From Oopsacas minuta (Eukaryota; Animalia; Porifera): 64,000 bases of DNA. How positions within the stretch are numbered: the stretch's first letter is position 1; each line of letters starts with the position of its first letter. The position numbers were made by a program, and so were the translations under genes. The stretch spans positions 816,556 to 880,555 of the forward strand of contig JAKMXF010000299.1 of NCBI GenBank assembly GCA_024704765.1, in the 5' to 3' direction. Of this stretch, positions 27,711-42,185 are shown one piece after another. The notes under the pieces are model-generated. The model worked only from the letters and a program-made list of their open reading frames with translations, was not told where the DNA came from and did not search any database.

Positions 27711-28799
27711 CATTCTCGGTTAGGTCTATTTTTTGTCTCCCACAACTAGACTTAATCTTCGTGAGAGTAAACCAATGTGTATCTATAAATACTTATTCTC
27801 CACTGAGTACGCAACGCGTGCTATTCAAGCTACTGGGCCATATTCTTATTGACTGGTCATATGTGTATTGATCATAGGGCTTACAATCCCGCGATCCAAT
27901 CCATTTCACACCCGGGATTCCACTATCAGTAGCAAATCACACAACTGAGTTAATTCATGGAACAATGTTTTACATTTATATAAGTTCAACAAGGTCTATT
28001 TACAGTTATTACCAAGTCAGATATATGAAATTCCCGTTATATTGAAATGATTCTTTACCTTCTATATAGTTGAGAGTGTACTTTATTATTTATAAGAAAT
28101 AAAACCATAAATTGAAGTTAGATTCGATGTAGTAAAAAATTTAGACTAAATTGTTTTTGATGAGCTATATTTTTAGGTCATCAATTTTGATTACCTTAGA
28201 AATTCATCAATTTCGATTACTATTCTCAATATCCAAAATCGTTCAAAGAGTGCAAAAAGTCTGTAGCGAATGTAAAATCCTCTTGGTTTGTTGATTATTT
28301 TATTTAAATGAATCGTAATTATTATCCCATCCTAATATTCACTAACTCAGCATGATTATTTCAACGAAACTAAATATTCTATTATATATGCTAGCTATAC
28401 GGCGAATATTTGAAGGTACACACGATAAAATTACTGAAGGAACTATATGACTGTGTTAGTTAGAATTATCCTTATTAAATAACTGAAAACCTTTCTAATT
28501 TGATATTTTCTAGCCACAAATTGGTAATTAAGTAGATACTGAGCTAATTTAATAGCAAGACACTCCACAATCGGGCCACTTGCTGACAAAACAAAAGTTG
28601 CCCGCTTTGGGAGTGTGTCCCGTTGTTGATATTGGACAACTATATATGATTTCACCAATTCTATCCACTATTTCTATCAGCATTCTTGCTAGAACATTTA
28701 ATGTAATTTATTATTCCTTTATAATAAGTTCCTCAAATCACATTTCTCTAATCAAGGCCATACAATTAGGTTTGCTTTTTATGAAGTCTAGCGTTAAGC

Positions 28800-30171
28800 C
28801 ACTGCTAGTTGTAAAGTGTTTCAGCTCCACCGCCTCCATCTGATATGATTAACGCACAAATATTGTCATTATCGTTATTTTGATAATTATTTCACCATTG
28901 TTCAATGTAATTCAGCTACAGATTGTATAAGCTTGCTAATAGTACAATAGAGGCTACCTTTCTTCTTTTAGCATATTCCATAGTTGTAATCTTTTGTATT
29001 AATGTTTCCGTGAGAATTTTCCATGATCAAGTTTGATGTAGCTAGTTTTTGAAATGAAAAGGATGGTAAATTTGAAATCTACCCATATTAATGACGCAAA
29101 AAGTGTATATTTTGTTATGAATCACTTTGATAACTTTTTCCAAGTGAGAATGTACATAAGTTTCATATTGGATCCACAGTGATATATTTGGAAAATACTT
29201 GAACATCAGGAATAGATTCTATAGAAAGAACCCCCAAACTAGAATAATCTCAATAAGTTTTTAGAAGGATGCCTCTCCTTTAATGCAATAGAATGGAATA
29301 CCAATTTTCCCAGGTATCTAGATCATTCCTTTTTCGAGAGTTTTCCCTAGATTTATTGACTGCATTGACTATGTGACGAAGTATTTGGCTGTCTTATTCC
29401 AAAAGATGGCAATTTTCGATTAGAACAGTGATAGATAGAGTGATACCTATTGTTGGCCACAAAAGTATCATTGGTTTCCTTGTTTATAATATATTCACTC
29501 ATTTGTGAAATTGTAGACTTTAATATAAATTCTAATCATTTTTATGGAACCAATATCAATACACATTATTATAAACAATTATTAATTCCAAAATAGAAAG
29601 CTATTTGGCCAATGGCTTTTTTGTACAAAAGGGGCCAAAACATGTTTTGTCTGATTTCTTTGACTCCGAATATTATTTGCCATGAAAATATATCTGGACG
29701 CCTTTGGGCGGGTCTAGAAATTATTGAAAAGAATCTTATATTCATGAACAATACAAAAATGGCGAATATTAAACTTGCAATTGTTTGCAATATAAGATCG
29801 GCGACTATAAACTTTGGGTACTTTTGAGGAATTTATCTATAAGTAGACCAACAAAGATATTCATAAAATTATATTTGGAGTTTGATCGTGGTTAAAAATA
29901 GTTCAAATTAATTATGCATTGTATGCCAATACAGATATATGATTATATAGTTCACATTAATGTGACTCGTATTCAGAAGTAGCAGCATCTTTGAGCAAAA
30001 GATATTTATGGTTTTTCAGGTATGGGATTTACTATATTATGCATACTTTTTATGCATTTTATTGGCATGTAATAATTCTAGCTTAGTAATTGTGTAGAAT
30101 CGAATACAAGCATTAAATTTGATAAATATCAATGTCATATTTTCACCTATTCCGCATGGTTCCACACTGTG
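28800..30171 (-). mobile_element. RAG1-like transposon copy 3: left end plus decayed 5' part of the transposase
   Basis: CACTGTG at 30165-30171 reads on the minus strand as CACAGTG-N13-AATAGGTGAAAATATGAC. The leader is homologous to 48610-49110. An ATG at 29502 is followed (with frameshifts) by VNIINKETNDTFVANNR and RKRNDLDTWEN, matching copy 1 VSITNNEAYSLYISNGR and RKKDLETWDN. The lower boundary is uncertain. Confidence 0.72.
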
Positions 30172-31899
30172 CATGGCCCCCGCTCACCAAAGGGTTACTG
30201 CAACCTAAATGTACTCATTCTTTCTAATAGCTTTTATCCATTGAATATCTTCTAATTGTGTATGTGCATATGTTCAGAAGGAAATATTGATTTGTTAAAA
30301 CTATTTTGGGATATGGCAATAAAACATTTACGTCACCACAACATTACCTGACAGAATCCGCAGTATTCTTATATTAGCTGACAATATTTGGATATACGAG
30401 TTGGAAACTATAAATTTACAGGATACGAATCAAACATCTTTTATGACCACTTAGAACGGTAAATCTTGATGTATATCACCATTATAGACTAGAATACTCC
30501 AAAATCCTTCGGAAATCCTACCAAATTTTTTAATTACGTCATTGATTTGCGATAAATTATGAATATTCTTGTATGTGACTACGTGACTTTCAAATTTGTG
30601 ACTTCAAGTCAAATTTATGCATGATTCACATCCAGTAGACTTGGAAGTATTATGACTCGTAGATCCAAAAATTTCCAGCGAATATATAGTGTGCTACTGC
30701 ACACGGATCTTCAACCATTAGTGGCTCCAACAAAATAATTGTTTGCGCTTTTCAACTTCATTTAGAAAAATTTCACTTGATATGCATATACAGTACATGC
30801 TTTTTGCGTATAATTAACTTGAATTCCAATGTTATTTTTAATTATGTAGTAACTAGTAGATATACGACATAACGCTGTCTCGCTAATCTGATCAGCACTG
30901 TTCCAATTTCAAAATTTTTCCTTCGGATTGTTGACATTGTTCTGATTAGAGATATCCATGGAAACAATACTATAAGATCCACGGGGGGTATTTTTTTTGA
31001 AGTTGTACAAACGATGAAAAGGCTTTCAACATGTGTAATATTGTAATGTGTGTTTGCTCTCAGTAGAATGGATACAAATCGTTACTTTTGAAATTTTTGA
31101 ATCTTTTCCTTTCTGTACCTTTTCTGACCTATTCGGGTTAGCGTGCATTTTGATGAACGAGTTTTCGGATATGCGAGGATTTAATGTAGTATTTCTAAGT
31201 TAATTTGAACCAAATTATAAAATTTTAATCATACGTTGTAGTGCCACATATATACTACATACGTACTTAAATTTGTACTTTAGCTATCAACTCTATGAAC
31301 TCGTATTTCGATTTTTCTTACCTTTCATCAGTTACAACTTACACCTTGAAACTAACTTTTCGACCACTATGTTATATTTATTATTTTCTGTGACATAATA
31401 AGTATTGGACTCCGCATTCTATTTGTATAGTCCAGTGGTCGGCAACCTGCGGATCTTTGGCTCTCTACACTGGCTCATTGTGTCTTAGACAAACTTTATA
31501 TATGGAATTGAAAAACTTAATAACTAACATTTACAGATTACGGTGTAATTTATCAGGGCCCCAACCTCAGAACTTGCCAAATCGTGGGTAGTGTTGTGCA
31601 CGCGTGCTTCGTACTCGTTATGTTATCGAATTAATGAAAACGATAACGGGAATGGAAAAATGAACGTTAAAGAGAAGTAACAGCCGTTACTATTTATAGT
31701 AACGGGATAACAGATATATTTAATACTACCCTCGGTTGTAAAAGCCACTATGATAATGAGGAAGAATTGCTTGTATTTAAGATGCCATAGAAGCCAGCTG
31801 AACTCAGACACTCTTTTCTTTGGTCTGTCCAGGGACGATCTTGTTGATCTCAAGGCTGTTTACTTGTATTCAAATCATGTCAGGGATGGAAACGTTGAG

Positions 31900-33000
31900 T
31901 ATGGAAATGGCACCTTTTGAGTGGTCCACCCAAATTTCGAAAGCTTAAGGTGCGGTACCGCCTATTATAACTGGATGCTCACTTTAATATTCCACACAGC
32001 CTATCACGAATCGGTGTGGTCTTTCCTCTTAAATGAATGACCAACCCCTCTCTCAAATTATTGAATCTCATTCTGATATCAAATAATGGAGAGAATAGGT
32101 AGTTTCATATGCAGGGATGTGCAAGCTAAGTTACTCTTTCCTTCTAAGTATTTCTAAAACATGTTCAATTTGCTATCATAATCTATATACTCTGACATTT
32201 ATGCGCAACAGCAGGGATTTATCCAGGATTTTGCACTCTTTCTTGCAGGCACTCTGCTGGGATGGCGCATTTTTGTACCGTAATATATTCATCCTATTTA
32301 GTAATTGGATTCTCACGGTGCACTATTTGTCCTTTATGGCTCCTGGACTGGCACTTTAGGTGCCTGTCAAGCACATAAACCAACTCTATAGCCATAGATG
32401 GCAACAGTATTACAGTTGATGTATCTTTGTTAGTAGAAATCATTATGTCCGTATAGCATACCATAGTTGTGAAAATTATTTCGAAATTCCCTATGTAAAA
32501 CTCGGAACTTATTCCTAGATGATCCGAAGTACGAGATCACATCCAACAGTTTCCATATGATATCTATGATAAGTCAGATAGCGAATTGCACGTTGCCCAA
32601 AAGTTCCTGGACTGCAATGTACTAATTGTCAGAGTCCAAATAGATTGGTTTCTGCTGCGCTATACGTAAGTTACCTGACCCAATTTTGTTACTTAATTAA
32701 CCCGACGATAACTTTGGGCTTTACTATAAATAGAAAATATATTTGGGCGCATTATGAATATTTTACATCAGCTGTCAAAATGAATACAATTTAGGGGCTC
32801 ACAAAGAATTGTGATGGGGCTCTAGCCCCAACTCTAGCGCCTCAACTGGAAGTACCCATTGATAACAGCATCAACATACCCTGCGTAGACAAAAGTATTC
32901 ATCCATTGCTAAAATTTCCATACAAATAGTACGAATCTTGTCCATCCTTAACGGCCCAATGCATTAATTCTGTAAGATTTATAGCATATCTATTACAGTA
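31900..33000 (-). pseudogene. Possible highly decayed LINE endonuclease-region remnant
   Basis: A minus-strand fragment QEP*RTNSA resembles the PTR motif of APE endonucleases, followed by KSWIN. There are many stops and the evidence is weak. Confidence 0.3.
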
Positions 33001-34616
33001 TTGACATCAAGAATTGACCCACTATTGAATTATATGTAAGGAAATTTTAGGTATGGATCAATACTTTTGTCTTGGTAGGGTATGTCCGGGTATACCTAAG
33101 TTGCATCCCAAAGGTACCCCATAGAGGAAAAGTTAGTAACCCCTCTGTAAAGGTCATTATTATTTAGTTGCCTTTTTTCTCCGGGTTGTTATCAAACGAG
33201 AACATTCTCTAACTCACAAGGTATACTCTTCGCATTTATATTTATTTCTACAATGTAACGTTGTTAACCAATCACGGCTGATGTTATACGTCCGTAATTA
33301 AAATTAACTCTAAAATTTACCAATCCGTATCACCAATTCACACACCAAAAACGATATTTACACCATTTTCTGTCATAAAATTATACGACCGTATTCGATT
33401 AATACGAACACCAACTGGCGTGAAGAGGCTAGGCCTTGGTCACTAATAGAACAACGGTGGAGTAACTCTGATGGCGGTGACTCGCTAATATTTCAGCCAT
33501 GTCCACTAGAGTCAGACAAGCCAGCAGAGGTGGTAGGTGTATAAGGAACTAGCGACACATGCGCACCCTCTGGCACCTGGCCTTCAAGTTCACCGTTTGT
33601 TATGGCATTTAGTTGAGAAGTATAGTGGATAACATGATGTGACCTTTACCCAAGATTCCTGGATCGGTACTTTCTTTAGCAGAGATTCCTCCTATCAGGC
33701 ATTTTCCTGAAAGAAAAAGAGCCATTGAATACATCTATGTGCTCGAACTCAGAGTCGGTACTTTGGGTCAGGATCAGTGCTAAATTCCACTTAAAATCCT
33801 CTCCATATCTAGATAAATCATTGCTTCACCCTCTCGTGGATTGATTTGTGAAAATACTCTTTGTATCTCAATTTATGTATCGTTTGTTGATCATGATGTA
33901 AAATTAACCCTATGTTTAGTACTATTATAAGCTATTTCAATGGGGATAGTGTAGAAGAGAATGCTTCTAGAGCACGAATATATAGCCTAGGTTACCTTAT
34001 TTTACCTATTGATTAATGATTTTAACTAACACGCGACGTATTTGTTAAATTTCAGTCCTGTCCACACGTGCATCCCTGGTCCTAAGCAATGACCAGTTGT
34101 AAGCCATTTTGAATGTGTAGGCTATGATATATGTATACAAGTATATATATATTACCGTGGCGCAAAATATCACATGTTTCTGATCATTCTCTGTTTTGGA
34201 TACGTATATTGTTAGTTGTGTTGATGTTAGTCTCCACATCAAAATTTTAAGTCATTTAGTCGAGACTCTCTGGTGTCCCAAGAATTCCAATAATTTCTAT
34301 GGGAATGAATGCATGCATGGAATGTTGGTATATAATTCGTGAAAAATATTTGAAATAGTTTTCAAAGTGTGATATTCAGATTCAGCTAAAGCGCACACAG
34401 GGATCCTATTTTGAGTTTTTCGAAAACAATGTCCACATAGTTTTAGAAGGTCTATTTTTACAAAGATTTTGTTCCACCCTACCATTTGGCGTGGAGGGCC
34501 CCATTTCTTGATAATCGATCAGAGGGAGCATAATGTATCCCCTTCGTCTATGCTATATGTATCATGTGCCATCCTTGAAGTTTTTGGAGAAATATCTAAT
34601 GAAATGCGCAAGAGAC

Positions 34617-35031
34617 CACACTTGGACCGGGTAACGTATAAACCGGGTCACTATTTTCAATTAATTTCGGGTCTGAACCGGGTCACTGATTTTGACTTGA
34701 CCCGGTTTATATCCTTATAGATAATTCAATTATATTGGTTTGTAAAATCATAAAGAATAGTCAATATTAGTTAGATGTTTCATTTTCATGAATTTTGAAA
34801 CACTGTACTTTGTTCAGACTTACCAACCCCTTCTACAAATCTCCCTGAATTTTCATTGCCAAATCGCTGGATATTCAAAAGTAGTAACATCTAATCATTA
34901 TCAAATCGCATGAATATGGAAAATTAATGTTTTGAAAACCGGATTGAATAACGAAACCGGATCCCGGGCCTGAGGTTTCAACCTGGTCTACCGGGTCACC
35001 GGGTCAGGAAATCATGAGCCGGTCCAAGCCT
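34617..35031. mobile_element. hAT-like MITE with AACCGG/ACCGGGT subterminal motifs
   Basis: Ends CTTGGACCGG / CCGGTCCAAG, with clustered ACCGGGTCA motifs near both ends. No TSD was confirmed. Confidence 0.5.
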
Positions 35032-36029
35032 GCAAGAGACTATTCCAACAGACATTGGCCTAAACGGAAAATGATGTGAAAATTTTTGACATTCCATGGT
35101 TTAAGTGGTATTGGCTTGCGAAAACTAAAATGAACTCTTTGTGTAAGATTTACGGTGAACACGATTATCAACTTAAACGACTATTTCATTAATGTCAGAC
35201 GAGATATGTACAAACATTCCATATGTACATATACTTGAATTTGTGCCTAAGGCTTATATCAACACCACTAACAAGATATCGAAACAGAACGATCAGTAAC
35301 ATTTCGTGGTTTTAGCTAACCTAATAAATAAATGTTTGTATGTGTAGATTGGTTGAAGAGGCTGTGAGTCCTCAGGTCTGATTTTACTATACGGGGAGTT
35401 TAGGCCTAGTACAAGTTTGAGTCTTGGACAAAAATTCAAACCCATAATGATATTATGACGTAATTGTCATTTTTCTGAATTTTGAAAATCATAGTTACCC
35501 TCAATGTGCCAAATAACCAAGAGTTATGATTCTCTCATAATGGAATTATACGACGCAACAGTGTTGTGGATTGATGCATTTTAAATGGAAAATTAATTGA
35601 TTTCATGTCTCAGTCAAATCCTTTTTGCAATTTAATTTAGCTATAAGTACCCATATGGATATATTTCATCCGTTGCTAGGATCTGTCTATAAAAATAAAG
35701 TACACTGTCGCATAATTTTTGAAAGTATAATCTATAATTTTCGCCGTCACAGGGTTGCCATGGGAACAGAGAAATTTATTAGTATACCACAGCCTGTAAT
35801 CATTATTATCACACATGAGTACTTGCAGTGAACCTTCGTATTTCGTACATCAGGACAGGGCTCGATTATACTTGTACGTCTTATAGTATCGGGATTCATA
35901 TTACCGAGTCATTTACATGCATTTGCTAATATTGCTAATAATCATTGAGGTTGTGTATATATTTCTTTATGCTTTATGTTGGTTTAGTATTTTTAGCTCT
36001 GTCAATACCATCATTACACCTGTGGAAAA

Positions 36030-37980
36030 ATTGATCTTTCATGACAAGTGGTGTTCCTAATTTTATACATGGTGGCTAACGGCAAAGTTGCCATCAATTG
36101 TATACACTGCAATAAAGGGTCCAAATTTGCTGATAAACGCCCCAAGTTTGAACTTTATACACTATCTACGAGAATGTCATTCAGTGACTTCGAGAGTTTT
36201 CTAAAACACAACGGACTCTTTCAGATTAAACGTCGTCGCACATTTAGCAATGAAGGCGAGAAGATTCCCCCATTCTTTCCATATACATCACCGTTATCTT
36301 CAACTCGTGTGAATATGATTGATTGGGTGCTTACTAATATGATCATTACTGATAACGAAACATTGAGATTAGTTGAACGATTAGGATTTCGCCAGTATAC
36401 TGCTGCTATTAATCCTAGTTATAAAATCTCGGGAATTATACGATCTCACAACACTTCTCTGAAATCGAATTGGAAGTGAAGGCCACAATAAAGAAGTCGT
36501 TGGGCAATGTAGATTCACTAACATTATGTGCGACATGTTATTTTCTAGGCCGCTCAAATCGTATCTCGGTGTCACCCTATTCTGAGCATATCGTGGATGA
36601 ATCTTTAATGCAACTTTATCTTGCAATTACATTTCGGAAGAACAAACTAGCATCAGAATTGCCCAATCATTGATTGCTGAAATAAACTCCTGGGGTATCA
36701 ATGCAAACAAGATTACAGCTTTTGTGTCTGATAATGGTTCTGATATGGTGAAATGCTTTGAGATTGTCATTCCGAATATTTATAGAGAAGAACTAGATGA
36801 TACAGAAGGAGAAAGTGACATTGAAGACTTATATATTGATAGCGATCTTGATAGTGATATGTTAGTGACTAGTGAACTGAATTGGGCCAAAGCAATTTTA
36901 ACAATACAACCAAAAATGCCAATAAACACGATGTACCATATTAGATGCTGTTAACATACACTCAATTTAGCGGTGAAAGATTTTCTAAAAATTTCATACT
37001 AATTTAGGTAATGTAGTCGCAAAAGTTACCAAATTAGTCGTGGCTCCTCGGACTACCACTCATGATTCTGAGGTAATATCAAACACTGCCTTGTGTGAGT
37101 TAATACTGCCAGTAGAACTAGATGGGATTCTCAATTCTTAATGTTCGAAAGTATCATTAAGCTCTCCAATCATATTGATTTTTCGCTATTGGTAGCCAAT
37201 AGTAGATACCCTTTACCGTAGGGTGAGTTGGCAATAATTAAGAGCTATGTGCATTATTGAAGCCATTGAGAAACTTGAATGTATATCTGCAATCGGATGA
37301 ATTTGGAAGAGTTGGTAAGGATTTCACTTCTATTAGGAAGACAGCGGAAGCAATAGTTGAGAAATCGCAGGGTAGTGATATCAACCAGCTTTCATCGATA
37401 TTAATGAGCAGCTTTAGTAATATGTTCATAGAATGTACAGATGAATTTAGGCTAGATGCTATATCAGCTTATCTGGATCCCAGATATTCATCATATATAC
37501 CGGAAAATGAACGAAACTGTGTAGAATCGATCTTCATTAATACCTACGGTTTATTTTACAATGACGCTTATGGGAAATAACCAATTGTTAGTATTATCGA
37601 GGAAGAATTTCTAGAAGATAAGCACGAACAGGTTGATGGCATGGACGAACTATATTTACAAGGAGCCAGGGTATTGACATTGCCAAAATCTGCAACAAAG
37701 TAGTTGGAGCTGAGTTAAAATATTATAATGATTTGCTAAATGGAACTAGAGCTGTACTTGATAGAAAAGTATCTGGTGAAGAATTATTGAAATGGTGGAA
37801 TGAAAAGAAGGATGATAGGAAGATTTTGCAAAGTCTGTCTGTTAATCTATTACAAAATCCCGCCACTTCGTCTTCAGCTGAAAGAATATTTATTGAGACT
37901 GGTTTATCAATTCTCCAAGAAGAATGAGAATGAAAGTTGAGACATTATCTCAGCTCATGATCCTCAATAGGAACTTTATT
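36030..37980 (+). pseudogene. Decayed ZBED/Ac-like hAT transposase
   Basis: Fragments LVERLGFRQY..NPSYKI, VSDNGSDMVK, HIRCC*HTLNLAV, TRWDSQFLM, YLDPRY and WW...PATSSSAERIF occur in the expected order across ORFs 36048-37927. Confidence 0.85.
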
Positions 37981-38689
37981 AATTGATTTTACATAGACTA
38001 GAATTTTAGTGTTTACTTAGGTAGATTATACGTCCTCAACAATTTATATGATATGTATTTGATAATATTACACTAGTCGTAGACTCTCGTAAATCCGAAT
38101 TTTGGGTAATTCGAACAGAATTTGTTGGTTGGCGTCCGTATTAACCTGAATAATTATCTCTATATAATTAGGATATGATTTGATTTGGATGGATTTGATT
38201 TGGATTTGAATGAAATATCAATCAAATTGACAATTCTGCGACGTAATCTTGACTGTGCACAAGACAAAAATTTACCATATTTCAAGAATTTTGAGAATGT
38301 CTTCATACTCGAGGCCCCACCACCCAAGTGCGAAAATCAATAACCCAAAGCCACGTAGCAACTCCAATGTCCAAATAGAAAGTCATTAAATATAATTCGG
38401 ATCGACACCATAGATAATCTAATCTTTTTTTAACCAAATATTCAAACTTGAGGCACATAATGCTGAGTATATTTAGTTACGTAGCGAACAAAAGCTTTGA
38501 AAAGTTAGGCATATATTCTTAAGCTCAATCAAAGGGACGACGTGCAATTTTCGCTGCCTGTCTCGCCCAAAGACCTTGTTATTTTTGAAATAATTTATGC
38601 TACTTTAAGTTTTCTTTGGTGTATACTGTGTACACTTACATTTATTGTTACTGACTTCATCATTAACTATCTCCTAAACCATAGTTTGG

Positions 38690-39052
38690 GGCTAAGTTGC
38701 CTAATTCATGAATAATGAATAATTCCTGAATTATTGAATAATTCATTATTTACTAGGTTAAAAATTAATAATTCATTTTGGATAATTCATGAATAATTCA
38801 TTTTGAATTATTCATTATTCTTGAGGATATTTCTATGAATTAGTCAACTTAGATGCCTAGTATTATTCAATCACTCAACAAATTATATTCTTAGCATATC
38901 TTAAATTATTATGAATTCTTCATGAAGTACAATGATTTATGAAGTATTTAAAATTAATTATTCATGAATTATTCGAAAAGAATTATTCATGAATTATTCA
39001 AAAAGAATTATTCATTATTCTTGAGGATATTTCTATGAATTAGTCAACTTAG
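38690..39052. repeat. MITE-like element rich in TGAATTATTCA motifs, with a duplicated right end
   Basis: Left CTAAGTTGCCTAATTCAT (38693) versus right ATGAATTAGTCAACTTAG, which occurs twice within a 42-bp direct repeat (38811-38852, 39011-39052). Confidence 0.55.
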
Positions 39053-39502
39053 GTTTTGAGAACTTGATAACTCTATCAAGAGAATTACCATCAGGGGCAC
39101 CACATTCATTCGAATAATGCTACGGCGAAAAATTTAGACTTGAATGTGGTACGGTGGCTCCTCAAAAGTTAATATATTACGACAGGAATCACACCTACAA
39201 ACTGTCTACAATATGGAAAGTTATACACGTAGATACTAAAATATCAATTATTAACGAATTGTGTATTTTGGGGTGTTTAGGCTTGAATAACACAGCTAGC
39301 ATTCCAAAAGTGGTCCGACGACGCCGGACCACCCTAAAAGTGTTACGTCGCTCTCCGCACCAGCCTACAGCATATGCCATCCCTGACCATTCTCTGTTAC
39401 CTATATTCAGATTACGACTTTTATTCATAAATTGTCTTTTTGAATAATAAAACTGGCATCTATTTATTCATTGGTTGGCTGCTTTATAATCTGTTTGATA
39501 TA

Positions 39503-40851
39503 CAATGCCGGTCAAAAAGAATTGCTCAAAATGAATGTAAACAGTATAGTAAATGTTAAATTGTATACACTGACCAGATAGTTGAATTCTTGCGAAACCA
39601 TACTCAGCCATATGTATTTTGACAAGTAACACACCAACACAGCTAATCCATTCATTATATTTGCACAACTTACAGTTTTTATTTTGTATTCTTTTTTTTT
39701 TCCAATTTATCAGTTTTTATCGAATTTTCAATGCCTTCTAAACCCAGAATTTCCATTGAAAATCGAGCCAACCTGATACTACTTTTAGAAAGCGGCCATT
39801 CTCAGAGGAGGTATCTAAATAGTTGGGTGTAGCCAAAAAAGTGTAGTCGAGATCCTTAAGAAACACAGGCTGACTGGCACGGTAAGAGACCTCGCTATTC
39901 CGAGTAGGCCTCGTGTCGCAATCAAAAGGCAAGACAATTTATTGGTCAGAAAATGCAAAAAGGATCGATTTAAGACTGCTTCTCAAATCAAAGCTGAATG
40001 TTATCAGAATATTCGATAAAACTTTCCACTTCAACAGTTCAGAGAAGGTTACGAGGGGCTGGACTGTTCGGACGAAAACCACGAAGGAAGCCCGCCTTAC
40101 TACCAGCACAAAAGAGACCAACTTTCCTTCGCAAGATGGCACAAGAATTGGAATACTGAAGAATGGGCAAGAGTTGTGTTCAGTGACGAATCTAGGTTCC
40201 TACTGTATACTAATGACGAGAGAGCCTACGTCAGGAGGATGAAAGGGGAGGAGTTCTCAGAGAGGTGTCTTCAAAAAATTTGCAAGTTTGGTGGAGGTGG
40301 CATCATGGTTTGGGGATGCTTTTGCTGGAGTGGCGTAGGACTCTTGTGGAAAGTATCTGGGAACTCAATACAAATTCCTACATTGATATATTGGAAAATG
40401 CACTAATCCCAAGCGTTGATTTGAATTCTCTACATTCTGGATGGACTTTTCAGCAAGACAACGCCCATGCCATAGGTCAAAGGGTACTAAGCAATGGTTT
40501 GGTGAGCAAAAATAGAAGTTATTAATTGGCCTGCTCAGTCACCTGATCTAAATCCGATTGAGAATCTTTGGGATCACATTTCCCTCAGAATTCAAGAGAA
40601 AAGCCCATCCAACCACTCAGAGTTGTGGAATGCCATATTAAGCACTTGAGATAGCATCGACATTAACAGGCTTCATACTCTAATTGAGAGTATGCCACAA
40701 AAATGTAAAGCCGTAATTCAAGCAAGAGGAGGTTCTACTAAATACTAACAACAATTTACTTAATTATAATATAGCATTATTGTTAAAATCAGTCATAGAT
40801 ATAAGAAATTGGGGTAAATTTATTCTGAGCAATTCCTTTTGACCGGCACTG
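39503..40851 (+). mobile_element. Tc1-like transposon, decayed
   Basis: TIRs CA(A/G)TGCCGGTCAAAA(A/G)GAATTGCTCA with TA flanks. Remnants include VFSDESRF, GGGGIMVWGCF, FQQDNA and WPAQSPDLNPIENLW. Confidence 0.9.
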
Positions 40852-41669
40852 TATCTGTCAATGCTCGACACTATTTTCATCTCTGGTTGAAGTTGAATTC
40901 TGCAAATTGCACTGTATATTATATTTTTTTCACACTTAGATCCCTGGATACACTGGGCATACAACAACAGAATGTAACGATATTTCTGAACACCCGTGTT
41001 TTAACTCTAACAATAATAACTACACTTGTACTTCTAAAGGTCCTAACATTCAAGGGTATTCTGGCTGCCAACATTGGACTCAAACTCAGCCAACGCATCA
41101 TATTATGGATCATCGAGGCGTATATTCTGCCACCAGTCTTAGAGAATTTAAATTCTTTCCTTCACAGAAAACTAATGATTCTCCATTTACCCGTAGTGGA
41201 GTGCTGTCCAAGATGATATCTCTAACTAGTCCTTATAATCCATTTATAAATCAATTGTAAGAAGTATTTACTTAAGTGTGATATCGACACTCTTTATATG
41301 ATTATATATATTGTAATATTCTTGTAATCATATTTCTTCCTATATTTATAAGCAGTGTACGAGCTTTCTATCTATCTACTTGTAATTTCCTTCTTCAATA
41401 CACCAATGCTGTTCAGCCGTGACTTTGCGGTTCAATCGGAATATCAATGATTTTAGAGCTAGTGAAATAACTTGATCTGTCATAATCGCGACAGATCAAG
41501 TGTTTTCACGGGGTGTAATTTCCATTTTGTTCCTTTCTTCTCACTTATATTAGAGAAACCTTTGTTTAATTACCCTGATCACATAAAGTATAGATATTCC
41601 TGTCAATCTAGGGTTTAACCCAGAAATATATATATAATATAACTACCAATTTTACAGATCACTCCTTGC

Positions 41670-42185
41670 TAGAGTTTGGAATCCGGATAGTATTATCCAC
41701 ATAATATCCGGTATCCGGATAATATTTGGTCGAATATCCGGATAATTTGTCATCCATATATCGTTCAGAAATGGTAGTCTTAACACCTCAATCTACTCCT
41801 AAATGCCTTAGATTCAATACTTCCAACAAGCGTAGAATCTGAAAGAGCATTTTCTGCTGCAGGTCTATTTATCACCAAGATACGATCCCGGCTAAGTGAC
41901 GATATAATAGATACATTATGTTTCCTGAAAAGCTACTTCAAGAAGTTAGATTACATTAAATATAATACATTAGTTTGGTAAATGAATATTAATCATTCTT
42001 ATATTTCAGTTATTCTTCAAAATCATTTCGTATATTAGCATAGCATAGTATTCATGCAATACGGCATAAAGTGAGTCTAATAACAAACTTGGAAAAGTAT
42101 CACTATAAAAGGGATATCCAGATATCTGAATGAAAAACTATCCGGTATCAGGATATCTTTCATTGTCGGATAGTTCCAAACCCTA
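41670..42185 (+). mobile_element. hAT internal-deletion derivative retaining the dimerization-domain coding segment
   Basis: TIRs TAGAGTTTGGAA / TAGGGTTTGGAA, perfect 8-bp TSD CTCCTTGC (41662-41669, 42186-42193) and ATCCGGATA subterminal repeats. Internal translation reads ILPTSVESERAFSAAGLFITKIRSRLSDD. Confidence 0.92.

Noticed and set aside
29175-29181. CACAGTG as the partner end of the element ending at 30171
   Set aside because: The flanks differ (GGATC versus CATGG), the adjacent sequence is unlike other right ends, and transposase-like remnants appear to continue past it.
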